Positions 9,465 to 16,411 of a DNA stretch of 64,000 bases are shown piece by piece. Within the stretch, counting starts at the first letter, position 1. Every line of letters starts with the position of its first letter. The translations under genes were made by a program, and so were the position numbers. The notes below the pieces were generated by a model that was not told where the DNA came from, did not search any database, and saw nothing but the letters and a program-made list of their open reading frames with translations. This DNA comes from a virus (taxonomy: Duplodnaviria > Heunggongvirae > Uroviricota > Caudoviricetes), in IMG/VR virus record IMGVR_UViG_3300046003_006038, positions 1-64,000 of that record; one strand, written 5' to 3'.

Positions 9465-9515
9465 ATGTTTTAATTATTGATACCTAAATATATGAACATT
9501 GATCCTAATAAGCAA
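9465..9515 (-). promoter_or_regulatory. phage-family promoter element
   Basis: Conserved motif copy; the ~80 bp region is duplicated at 10021-10100. Confidence 0.6.
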
Positions 9516-9548
9516 CTATTTTAACAACTTTTTTTAAACTTTTTTTAG

Positions 9549-9635
9549 TAGTCAGGACAGGATTTGAACCTGTATCTTTATGTTGCCTAGTATTTTTACC
9601 GTACAACTTGCGTCTACCAATTCCGCCACCTGACT
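9549..9635 (-). tRNA. tRNA-like gene, type II (tRNA-Leu-like D-arm), non-canonical anticodon region; possible pseudo-tRNA
   Basis: Minus strand AGTCAGG-TG-GCGGAATTGGTAGACGC...ACAGG-TTCAAAT-CCTGT-CCTGACT-A. It has a perfect 7-bp acceptor, a Leu-type D-arm and a canonical T-arm. No 5-bp/7-nt anticodon stem-loop can be drawn in the 36-nt middle segment. No encoded CCA. Confidence 0.5.
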
Positions 9636-9649
9636 GTTTTAAAAACCTA

Positions 9650-10012
9650 CTACGATAATTTTCGTAGTAAGTACTTGTAAATATCCTCTGAAGTAATGTC
9701 TAACTTCATATCAGTACAGAATGCTTTAATAACATCAAACTGATCTTCAGGATCTGAAACTAAATCAATGCCGTCTACATTTATCAAACATTGATTACCT
9801 TGAGCATCTTGAACTGCATACAAAGTGTCATTAGGCCAGTTTAGATGATTCTCTACTGCAAATACAGTACCTTGCATACCTACTAAAAATGCCTCATTGT
9901 GCTCAGTATTCTTAAAACCTAACAATCTGAACATGTCATCGTAAGTTGTATAAGTTCTTCCTGGATTAGTAATTACTACTTTGCTTCCTACTTTAATTTT
10001 TGAATTTGCCAT
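9650..10012 (-). CDS. hypothetical protein
   Basis: ORF in track. Confidence 0.55.
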   Translation of the reverse strand: MANSKIKVGSKVVITNPGRTYTTYDDMFRLLGFKNTEHNEAFLVGMQGTVFAVENHLNWPNDTLYAVQDAQGNQCLINVDGIDLVSDPEDQFDVIKAFCTDMKLDITSEDIYKYLLRKLS

Positions 10013-10024
10013 GATTTTTATTGT

Positions 10025-10075
10025 TTTAATTATTGATACCTAAATATATGAACATTGATTCTAATAAGCAACTAT
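10025..10075 (-). promoter_or_regulatory. phage-family promoter element
   Basis: Conserved motif copy. Confidence 0.6.
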
Positions 10076-10108
10076 TTTAACAACTTTTTTTAATTTATTT
10101 TTAAACCC

Positions 10109-10408
10109 TTATTTCAGGGCTTTTAATATTTCTCTCTCAGCATCATTTGAAACTGATTTACTTTTTGATCCGATATGCCATGTTACATACTGATCCCTTT
10201 CTAACGGACGACCTTCCTTCCAGTCGTAAATACAAAATACTTCCCCTTCGTTTGTTTCCATTTCCCATTCGAAATTCGTTTTGTCCTCTCCCGTATTATA
10301 TTCCATGGTCGGCTCTCCGAATGCTGAAATTAATTGATCAACTGTTGCTCGAATTACAACTCCGTGAAATGATGTCCCGTCAGTGTTTTGATAAGTCTTT
10401 TTTGCCAT
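10109..10408 (-). CDS. hypothetical protein
   Basis: ORF in track. Confidence 0.55.
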   Translation of the reverse strand: MAKKTYQNTDGTSFHGVVIRATVDQLISAFGEPTMEYNTGEDKTNFEWEMETNEGEVFCIYDWKEGRPLERDQYVTWHIGSKSKSVSNDAEREILKALK

Positions 10409-10414
10409 GATTTT

Positions 10415-10475
10415 ATATGTTTTAATTATTGATACCTAAAGATAAGAAAAAGGCCCCGAAGGGCCAACCCTTTTG
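10415..10475 (-). promoter_or_regulatory. terminator-promoter unit (GGCCC-UUCG-GGGCC hairpin + U-run, then family promoter)
   Basis: aaaaaggccccgaagggccaaccctttt on the plus strand. On the minus strand the hairpin is followed by UUUUUCUU and TATCTTTAGGTATC. Confidence 0.6.
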
Positions 10476-10479
10476 TCAA

Positions 10480-10737
10480 TTATTTTTTAAAAGTTTTTCT
10501 ATTGGCTGTAAATGAGATAACCTCGTTTAAGTTAACAAATCTGAAGTCTCTTTTCTGCATATCGTATACAGTTAGTAAATTCTTTTCGGAAGGACTGAAA
10601 GAATGTCCAACTCCTTTAACTCCTTTTCTAACCCCTCTCATGGCATTCATTTTTCTAAGACTCCCATCTTTTTTAACAAAAGTTACAGAGAAGATTTTCT
10701 TGTTAGCAGTTTCTTGTAATAGATTTTCTACGATCAT
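10480..10737 (-). CDS. hypothetical basic protein
   Basis: ORF in track. Confidence 0.55.
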   Translation of the reverse strand: MIVENLLQETANKKIFSVTFVKKDGSLRKMNAMRGVRKGVKGVGHSFSPSEKNLLTVYDMQKRDFRFVNLNEVISFTANRKTFKK

Positions 10738-10744
10738 GATTTTA

Positions 10745-10800
10745 TATGTTTTAATTATTGATACCTAAATATAAGAAGAAGCCTCCGAAGAGGCAACTTT
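10745..10800 (-). promoter_or_regulatory. terminator-promoter unit (GCCUC-UUCG-GAGGC hairpin overlapping the -33 TTG)
   Basis: gcctccgaagaggcaacttttttt; same arrangement at 23843 and 61985. Confidence 0.6.
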
Positions 10801-10802
10801 TT

Positions 10803-11099
10803 TTAGATATTTTTTATAACTAATTTCAAATAGATTGGACGAATCTTACCACACTTTAATCTAGAAGCCCACCCCTCTTCTTCCAAAGCTGACTGTATAT
10901 CCTTTACAGATAATCCTTCTCTATGGAGAGCTACGATTCTAATTTTCATAGAATCCTCTTTTGGTTTCTTTTCTACAGTAGCTCCTTTGATATTTTTTTC
11001 AACAAGTGCTTGAAGATCTTCAGTCTTCATCATGTGAGCTGGTTTAGCAGTTTGAACATTTAAACTTTTTACTTGTGCAATTAATTCTGATCTTGTCAT
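10803..11099 (-). CDS. hypothetical protein
   Basis: ORF in track. Confidence 0.55.
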   Translation of the reverse strand: MTRSELIAQVKSLNVQTAKPAHMMKTEDLQALVEKNIKGATVEKKPKEDSMKIRIVALHREGLSVKDIQSALEEEGWASRLKCGKIRPIYLKLVIKNI

Positions 11100-11104
11100 G
11101 ATTT

Positions 11105-11160
11105 TATATGTTTTAATTATTGATACCTAAATATATGAACTTTAATAATGTGATGCAACT
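11105..11160 (-). promoter_or_regulatory. phage-family promoter element
   Basis: Conserved motif copy. Confidence 0.6.
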
Positions 11161-11345
11161 TTTTTTACAACTTTTTTTGAAAAATAAATTTGATAGTCAC
11201 AAATTAATTCAATAGCCTCATCTTCATCTAACTCTCCAAACTCTTCTTCATAGTTGTAAAGTATATCAGATAAGTAATCAAAATCTTCCACTTCTTTCTG
11301 AGTTAGGTTGTGAGCATCTAACCATTTGAAAACTTGTACTTTCAT
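11142..11345 (-). CDS. hypothetical acidic protein
   Basis: ORF in track. Confidence 0.5.
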   Translation of the reverse strand: MKVQVFKWLDAHNLTQKEVEDFDYLSDILYNYEEEFGELDEDEAIELICDYQIYFSKKVVKKVASHY

Positions 11346-11349
11346 AATA

Positions 11350-11405
11350 TATTGTTTTAATTATTGATACCTAAAGATAGTAAATTATATAACGTGAGAC
11401 AACTT
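11350..11405 (-). promoter_or_regulatory. phage-family promoter element
   Basis: Conserved motif copy. Confidence 0.55.
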
Positions 11406-11562
11406 TTTTTCAATTAATTTAATCCCATCCCTTGCTGGGCCATTAATACTACTAGATCTTGAGGATCAAAAGACATGTGAGTGATTCCTCTTAATGTGAC
11501 TGAATAATATACCAATCCTCCTAATGCTACTGTTTTTTCCATAACCTTTTATTTTTTTAGAA

Positions 11563-11784
11563 TTAATCTTCTTGAACTGTGAAAATATAAGTACCTACCT
11601 GAACCCTCTTACCTATCAAATCTTCTATATAGTAACTTCCTTCATCTGTCATGAATAATTGGTCATCAGTCCAATCCTCAGGAGTAGTAAGTAATTTAAA
11701 CAAGTCAACATCTTTGTACTGCTCTGTATTACCCCAATTGTCTACTACCTCTTCACATTTATTGATTTTAATTAAATCTTCCAT
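11563..11784 (-). CDS. hypothetical protein
   Basis: ORF in track. Confidence 0.55.
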   Translation of the reverse strand: MEDLIKINKCEEVVDNWGNTEQYKDVDLFKLLTTPEDWTDDQLFMTDEGSYYIEDLIGKRVQVGTYIFTVQED

Positions 11785-11789
11785 AATCT

Positions 11790-11845
11790 ATATTGTTTTA
11801 ATTATTGATACCTAAATATAAGGAGAAATATTATTACTAGCAACT
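11790..11845 (-). promoter_or_regulatory. phage-family promoter element
   Basis: Conserved motif copy. Confidence 0.6.
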
Positions 11846-12232
11846 TTTTTCTAAGTTATTTTCATTAATAACAAATACTTTATCAGCCCATGTCTTAGCA
11901 TTGACAGATCTATACTGTGCCTGGTCCATTAGATTTGTATTATAGAATAAACCATTAACTGTCCCTACAGTAAGATCCTCAGCTATCTTTTCATCTAATA
12001 TAATTACTTTAGTTCCTTTCTTAGCAAATACTGTCATCCAATGATTAGTTCCTTCAGCTTTGAATTGAATAGTCTGAAGAGCTCCTTTCTTCCATCTAGT
12101 AAGGCTAGGTAATTCAGAACCTATCTCAGATGCTATCATAAAGCCTGCTTGTACCTTTACTATGGCCTGAAATCTACCTTTTCTTTCTCCAATGAAATTT
12201 ACTAACTGTAATCCTTTGATGTTGTTTACCAT
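11837..12232 (-). CDS. hypothetical protein
   Basis: ORF in track. Confidence 0.55.
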   Translation of the reverse strand: MVNNIKGLQLVNFIGERKGRFQAIVKVQAGFMIASEIGSELPSLTRWKKGALQTIQFKAEGTNHWMTVFAKKGTKVIILDEKIAEDLTVGTVNGLFYNTNLMDQAQYRSVNAKTWADKVFVINENNLEKSC

Positions 12233-12237
12233 GATAT

Positions 12238-12290
12238 ATGTCGTTTTAATTATTGATACCTAAAGATAAGGAATTGTATAATATGAACCA
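12238..12290 (-). promoter_or_regulatory. phage-family promoter element
   Basis: Conserved motif copy. Confidence 0.55.
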
Positions 12291-12365
12291 ACTATTTACT
12301 ATAATATTTTCCTATTAAAAGTATACCTGCCATAAATAAAATATATTAAAAAAACTTTGTGAATT

Positions 12366-12400
12366 AGTTGCTGGATAGAATCATTCTTCATATCTTTAGG
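12366..12400 (+). promoter_or_regulatory. plus-strand copy of the family promoter (AGTTGC-N20-TATCTTTAGGTAT)
   Basis: Same -33/-7 spacing as the ~25 minus-strand copies, but oriented rightwards. Confidence 0.55.
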
Positions 12401-12404
12401 TATG

Positions 12405-12548
12405 TTAGAAGGGAATACAGGGGCCTGGCTTTGAGAGATAGTCGGAAGAGTGGACGGTCCGGTACGCCTGTTTCTGTAGTCGGTAATACCTAGTACCTGG
12501 TGATAAAAAAAGAAGGACCCTGATTGGAGTCCTTTTTCTTGTGCTTGT
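12405..12548 (+). ncRNA. candidate small non-coding RNA (~145 nt) bounded by a promoter and an intrinsic terminator
   Basis: Promoter at 12366-12400; GC-rich transcript body with no ORF longer than 10 aa; terminator AGGACCCUGAUUGGAGUCCUUUUUCUU at 12517-12548. Confidence 0.45.
12517..12548. terminator. bidirectional rho-independent terminator
   Basis: aaaaaaagaaggaccctgattggagtcctttttctt; the hairpin has a T-run after it on both strands. Confidence 0.6.
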
Positions 12549-12632
12549 CCTTCCTGGTGTAGGATTTCTTTGACTTGTGTACTAGGTGCTTGGAAGCAGC
12601 CCACCTCTCCTGGAGGGTAACTTGAATTGTTT

Positions 12633-12854
12633 TCATGGTGTATTATTAATAAAGAATATAGAGTAGACATAAGGAGTATTTAGTTTAAAGGTTTTACCTA
12701 CCTTAGCCTGTACCCTGTTAGATATAAATATTGAAGGAGGAGTTACCTCTACAGTACTCCATATAGGCCCTACCTCAACTAACTTCACTCTTCTAGAAGG
12801 TGATTCAGGACACCAGCAATCCCTCCCTATAACCGTATTTAATTCTTTTATCAT
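12633..12854 (-). CDS. hypothetical small protein (73 aa)
   Basis: ATG follows the promoter element at 12860-12905. The track start 12944 lies upstream of that promoter, so it was trimmed. Confidence 0.4.
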   Translation of the reverse strand: MIKELNTVIGRDCWCPESPSRRVKLVEVGPIWSTVEVTPPSIFISNRVQAKVGKTFKLNTPYVYSIFFINNTP

Positions 12855-12859
12855 AACCC

Positions 12860-12905
12860 TTACTGTTTTTAGATACCTAAAGATAAGAACAATAAGCCTT
12901 ATAAG
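12860..12905 (-). promoter_or_regulatory. phage-family promoter element (variant)
   Basis: agatacctaaagataagaac...gcaact. Confidence 0.5.
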
Positions 12906-12944
12906 CAACTTTTTATTAATCTTTTTTTTAACCCCCTCCTGCAA

Positions 12945-13540
12945 GGGGGGAAGAGATGGGGAGAGGTAACGGGTAGCTAGAACGGGTCTCTATCGGGTCT
13001 CTAGACGGGTAACAAAACGGGTTACTAGCCCGGGTTACCAAACGGGTAGCTAGAACGGGTATCTCCTTACACTCTCTCCCTGTCCCCTATAGGTACCGGT
13101 ACCAAACGGGTATCATAACCGGGTATCTCCTTACACTATAAGACAGTATATTACCTCTTATATAGAAAAAAACTATTAGGGAGGCACATACCCCTCATTT
13201 TCCTTATACTTATTTTACCTAGCCTTTTACCTTCTTCTACACATCGTATATACTATACAGTACCTTTTCATACCTACTACCATATGTCTTTATACTCTTT
13301 ACTAGGTTTTACTACTCTTTATGTTTAATCAGAGTCCTTAACCTTTTATTATGTATCTCAGCAGTTCTCCCTATGTCTCTCCTTATATCTCTCCAGCTCT
13401 ATATGTATGTATATTCGGGTAATGGGCCGGGACAGAAACGGGTAATTGAATGGGTATCGGACCGGGTCGCAGACCAAGGAGCCTGCTTAGGCTTCGCCGT
13501 TGGTAGACGGGTCTCTTAACGGGTTTCTCTATAGGATTGT
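12945..13540. repeat. iteron region: at least 15 copies of (A)ACGGGT-type heptamer in two clusters flanking a pyrimidine/AT-rich 280-bp core; candidate replication origin or pac region
   Basis: aacgggtagctagaacgggt occurs twice; gggtatctccttacact occurs twice. More ACGGGT/CCGGGT copies at 13437-13530. No credible ORF. Confidence 0.55.
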
Positions 13541-13627
13541 CCATTGTCCTTATAACGTCTTCTTTATTATCCTATATAGTATTCTTATTTATTATATTGC
13601 TGGAGATATTATTTCTTTCTATAGTAT

Positions 13628-13846
13628 TTACCCCTCTACGGATATTTTCTTTATTCTTATTTGCCAAACTTCTTTTACTTTTATGTATCCATTCTCGTCT
13701 GGCTTTCCTACATACTTTAGTAAGGTCATATGACTATTCTTTTTTATTAGATTGAATGTCTTTGGATCATAATAGTCTCTAAGGGTAATAATATAACCTA
13801 TCCTTCTACATATTCTCCAATAAAGATTTCCTATTAGCTTTTTCAT
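13628..13846 (-). CDS. hypothetical basic protein
   Basis: ORF in track. Confidence 0.45.
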   Translation of the reverse strand: MKKLIGNLYWRICRRIGYIITLRDYYDPKTFNLIKKNSHMTLLKYVGKPDENGYIKVKEVWQIRIKKISVEG

Positions 13847-13847
13847 A

Positions 13848-14036
13848 TTATTCGTCCATTGACATAAAGAATGATACTATAAGAGCCATTACCATATACA
13901 ACCTAACATAGGCCCATTCAATATTTGGTTCAAGAATACTCCATGTTATAAAACATCCTATTGCATACAATACTATACAAAGTGCTAACGGTAATGCTAT
14001 AAAAAATCCTAAATAAATTTCTAAAAACTTTTTCAT
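13848..14036 (-). CDS. small membrane protein
   Basis: ORF in track, trimmed to the MKKFLEIYLG start; two TM helices. Confidence 0.5.
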   Translation of the reverse strand: MKKFLEIYLGFFIALPLALCIVLYAIGCFITWSILEPNIEWAYVRLYMVMALIVSFFMSMDE

Positions 14037-14230
14037 ATCTCTTCCAATGTTAATATTGATATACAATGTGGAAAGTTATCATAGTCTCTTAGGATGATTA
14101 ATCCACCTGCTTCCTTTACCACCTGTACAGCTATTCCTTCTATAACCTTTCCTGCTCCTTTTCTAGAGTTAAAGGTTACTTTATTACCTCTATACTTCTT
14201 ATGATATAATACTACGTCTTCAATTTTCAT
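14033..14230 (-). CDS. hypothetical protein
   Basis: The track start is TTG; the ATG (MKIEDVV) was chosen. Confidence 0.5.
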   Translation of the reverse strand: MKIEDVVLYHKKYRGNKVTFNSRKGAGKVIEGIAVQVVKEAGGLIILRDYDNFPHCISILTLEEI

Positions 14231-14384
14231 CTTGTACAACTAAATAAGGTTTATCATTCTCTGTCTTTTTTATTGTACCCCTTTGTATTAATTCCTGAGT
14301 ACCTTGAGGATCTTTCTGAGACATTATTAGGATTGTCTCCTCCATGTAAATTACTTTCATACTACTTTTATTTAGCTTTTTAAC

Positions 14385-14460
14385 CTCCTACAACTCGGAG
14401 GGTTGGGAGAATTTGCGCGTGACACCTTCGGTAAGGAGAGAGAAGCGCCCCTCCTTCCCT
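14385..14460. repeat. GC-rich structured element, copy 1 (core 14409-14454, shared with 49972-50017)
   Basis: gaatttgcgcgtgacaccttcggtaaggagagagaagcgcccctcc is ~88% identical to the second copy. It has an internal dyad CACCTTCGGTG flanked by C-rich and G-rich tracts. Confidence 0.6.
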
Positions 14461-14466
14461 AAGTCT

Positions 14467-14565
14467 CTAGATTGAATCAATCTGTTCCTGTGTTAAACTA
14501 TCTCTCCATTCTTGTACATACTTCTCATCTTCGTCAAGTAATGCCTGTAATTCTTCTTCTGTCAT
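14467..14565 (-). CDS. acidic micro-ORF (32 aa)
   Basis: Hand translation MTEEELQALLDEDEKYVQEWRDSLTQEQIDSI; lies between the mini-HTH gene and element copy 1. Confidence 0.3.
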   Translation of the reverse strand: MTEEELQALLDEDEKYVQEWRDSLTQEQIDSI

Positions 14566-14580
14566 AACCTTTATTTTTTA

Positions 14581-14703
14581 TTAAGAATTAATAACCCTAC
14601 AAACCCATGCTTGAGAAACATTAAGTCTTTGTGCAATAATAGAAGTTGTTAAATTTTCATTAAAGAATAAATCCTTTGCCATTTGTGTTTTTGTAATTTT
14701 CAT
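14581..14703 (-). CDS. mini helix-turn-helix DNA-binding protein (40 aa)
   Basis: Hand translation MKITKTQMAKDLFFNENLTTSIIAQRLNVSQAWVCRVINS; classic HTH (TTSIIAQRLNVSQAWVCRVI). Family promoter immediately upstream. Confidence 0.5.
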   Translation of the reverse strand: MKITKTQMAKDLFFNENLTTSIIAQRLNVSQAWVCRVINS

Positions 14704-14705
14704 AA

Positions 14706-14760
14706 CCTTTATTGTTTTTAATTATATCTAAATATACGAAAAAAGAGCTGCGCTAGCAAC
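14706..14760 (-). promoter_or_regulatory. terminator-promoter unit (GAGUUGC-UAGC-GCAGCUC hairpin + U-run, family promoter)
   Basis: aaaaaagagctgcgctagcaactcttttatt; near-identical copy at 15485-15515. Confidence 0.55.
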
Positions 14761-14771
14761 TCTTTTATTAA

Positions 14772-15452
14772 TTATTTACTAAATGTTTCGCTGTAGTATT
14801 GTTCTGCTGTTTCAAAATGTTTTCTACTCTTTTCGGGCAATCCGTAGATATTACATTGTAGCCAACCCTCATTAAACGAATCAATAATCTGTTTCTTTTC
14901 CATTTCTTTGGCTTGGTAAAAATCAACTGGTGTTAATTTACCATTAGAGTTGTATTGATTCTCTAAAAATTCTACTGCTGTTTGTTTAGTTCCTACTGGT
15001 TGTAATAATGCAGTGTAATCTTTTTCTTGTTTAGGTTCTTCTTGTGGAATTATAATTTCGTATCTATAATAAGCAAACCTTTTCATGTGGTCAGATATAC
15101 CTTTCTTTTTAACCTCAACCTCCTCACAACTTGGATTATTAACGAACCATTCTAAAAACTCATCATCAATACCTTGTACACCATCTTTGATTAAGTCTTG
15201 GTCTGTTGTAAGTATGATTTTTTTACCATTTTTATCAGCATCAACCCACATAGAATCTATTTTACCTTTATCTCTATGAATTATTTCATTTTTGTAAATA
15301 AACCAATCACCTTCTTTAATTTCTTCATCATTAGTGATGGAGATGTGTTGGGTATTCTTTCTCCATTGAAGTCTATGTAATTCTAATACACCATCTTTGT
15401 TGTAAGATAACCTACTTGAATTTTCCGTTGGTAATACGTGAATATTTTTCAT
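14772..15452 (-). CDS. hypothetical protein (226 aa)
   Basis: ORF in track. Confidence 0.6.
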   Translation of the reverse strand: MKNIHVLPTENSSRLSYNKDGVLELHRLQWRKNTQHISITNDEEIKEGDWFIYKNEIIHRDKGKIDSMWVDADKNGKKIILTTDQDLIKDGVQGIDDEFLEWFVNNPSCEEVEVKKKGISDHMKRFAYYRYEIIIPQEEPKQEKDYTALLQPVGTKQTAVEFLENQYNSNGKLTPVDFYQAKEMEKKQIIDSFNEGWLQCNIYGLPEKSRKHFETAEQYYSETFSK

Positions 15453-15454
15453 AA

Positions 15455-15520
15455 TCTTTTTATTTAATTACTATATCTAAATATACGAAAAAAGAGCTGC
15501 GTAAGCAACTCTTTTACTAA
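15455..15520 (-). promoter_or_regulatory. terminator-promoter unit
   Basis: Conserved motif copy with gagctgcgtaagcaactc hairpin. Confidence 0.55.
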
Positions 15521-15539
15521 TTATTTTTAAAATATTTTA

Positions 15540-16376
15540 CTATTTTATATTCATCATGAAGTTACCTCCACCACTTGTGATGTATTGTGGTACCTTAGAT
15601 CCACCTCTTCTCCATGCTTCAATCCATTGTTGTTGTAATAGCATCGGTGTTAATGTTCTTTGCTTCAAAGTATTTGCTTCAGCTTCAGCTCTTGCTCTTG
15701 TAAGTGTTGATTGAGCATCTCCTTCTGCTTCTGCTACTTTAATCTTTGCTTCAGCTTCGGCTTGCTTAACTCTATTCTCAGCCATTAAAGCTTTCTGTAC
15801 TGCATTGTTTTTGGCATTAATAGCATTCTTAAATGATTTTGGATATTCTAAATTAGTTGTAAATTGATCCAATACAAATCCTTCTGGCTCTAATTGTTTT
15901 CTTAGTGTAGCTTTTACTTTATTATCAAATGCCTCTCTACTTGAGATTAATTGATCAGCAGTATAACTATTTGTAACAATTCTGAATGCTTCTGTTACCG
16001 CTGTCTTTAAGAATCCATTTTCAATACCATCTAAGTCTTTTCTATATTTTGCAAAGATCTGTGTGGCTTTGTCTGGATTAATTCTATAGTTTACAATTGG
16101 GCTAACATGAAACTCTGATCCATCCTTACTATTCACTACAAATGAACCCTCGTCTGTATATTCTTTATGACGAATATTGATTGGAAATTCATAAATTGTA
16201 GTTGTGATTGGATTATAAAACACTGTACCTGTACATTCTGTTACTCCACTCACCCCTCGTCCTGTACCAAACTTGTTTACTTTGATACCAATGTTACCTG
16301 AGTCAATATTTTCACATGACATTGTAACTGCAAAAATTGTTAGGATTAATCCTACTGCTACTAAAATTCTGTTCAT
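15540..16376 (-). CDS. SPFH/band-7 (prohibitin/HflKC-like) domain lipoprotein
   Basis: Signal peptide plus VTMSC lipobox. Ala/Glu-rich coiled segment AKNNAVQKALMAENRVKQAEAEAKIKVAEAEGDAQSTLTRARAEAEA typical of band-7 proteins. Confidence 0.6.
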   Translation of the reverse strand: MNRILVAVGLILTIFAVTMSCENIDSGNIGIKVNKFGTGRGVSGVTECTGTVFYNPITTTIYEFPINIRHKEYTDEGSFVVNSKDGSEFHVSPIVNYRINPDKATQIFAKYRKDLDGIENGFLKTAVTEAFRIVTNSYTADQLISSREAFDNKVKATLRKQLEPEGFVLDQFTTNLEYPKSFKNAINAKNNAVQKALMAENRVKQAEAEAKIKVAEAEGDAQSTLTRARAEAEANTLKQRTLTPMLLQQQWIEAWRRGGSKVPQYITSGGGNFMMNIK

Positions 16377-16411
16377 AACTTGTTGTTTAAATTTGATTTA
16401 TAATTAATTGT

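Noticed and set aside
9549-9635. Reading the tRNA-like sequence as an attP/integration core.
   Set aside because: No integrase, excisionase or repressor was found in the window. The phage carries lytic hallmarks (its own polymerase, endolysin cassette, early promoter battery). A mobile-element or prophage call would be unsupported.
11414-11542. 42-aa minus-strand micro-ORF (MEKTVALGGLVYYSVTLRGITHMSFDPQDLVVLMAQQGMGLN) with an AAAGGTTATG-type start context.
   Set aside because: It is below the size at which I can distinguish a real micro-protein from chance. No promoter element is directly upstream.
12299-12670. Minus-strand ORF of 123 aa.
   Set aside because: It runs through a strong terminator hairpin (12517-12548) and has no upstream promoter. 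Its translation is low-complexity, and a rightward promoter plus non-coding transcript occupies the same DNA.
12945-13540. CRISPR array or tandem satellite.
   Set aside because: The repeats are short (7-20 bp), irregularly spaced and imperfect. There is no repeat-spacer periodicity and no cas genes.
14385-14460. Reading the two GC-rich elements as intrinsic terminators.
   Set aside because: Neither strand has a U-tract following the stems, and their sequence differs from the UUCG-hairpin terminators used elsewhere in the genome.
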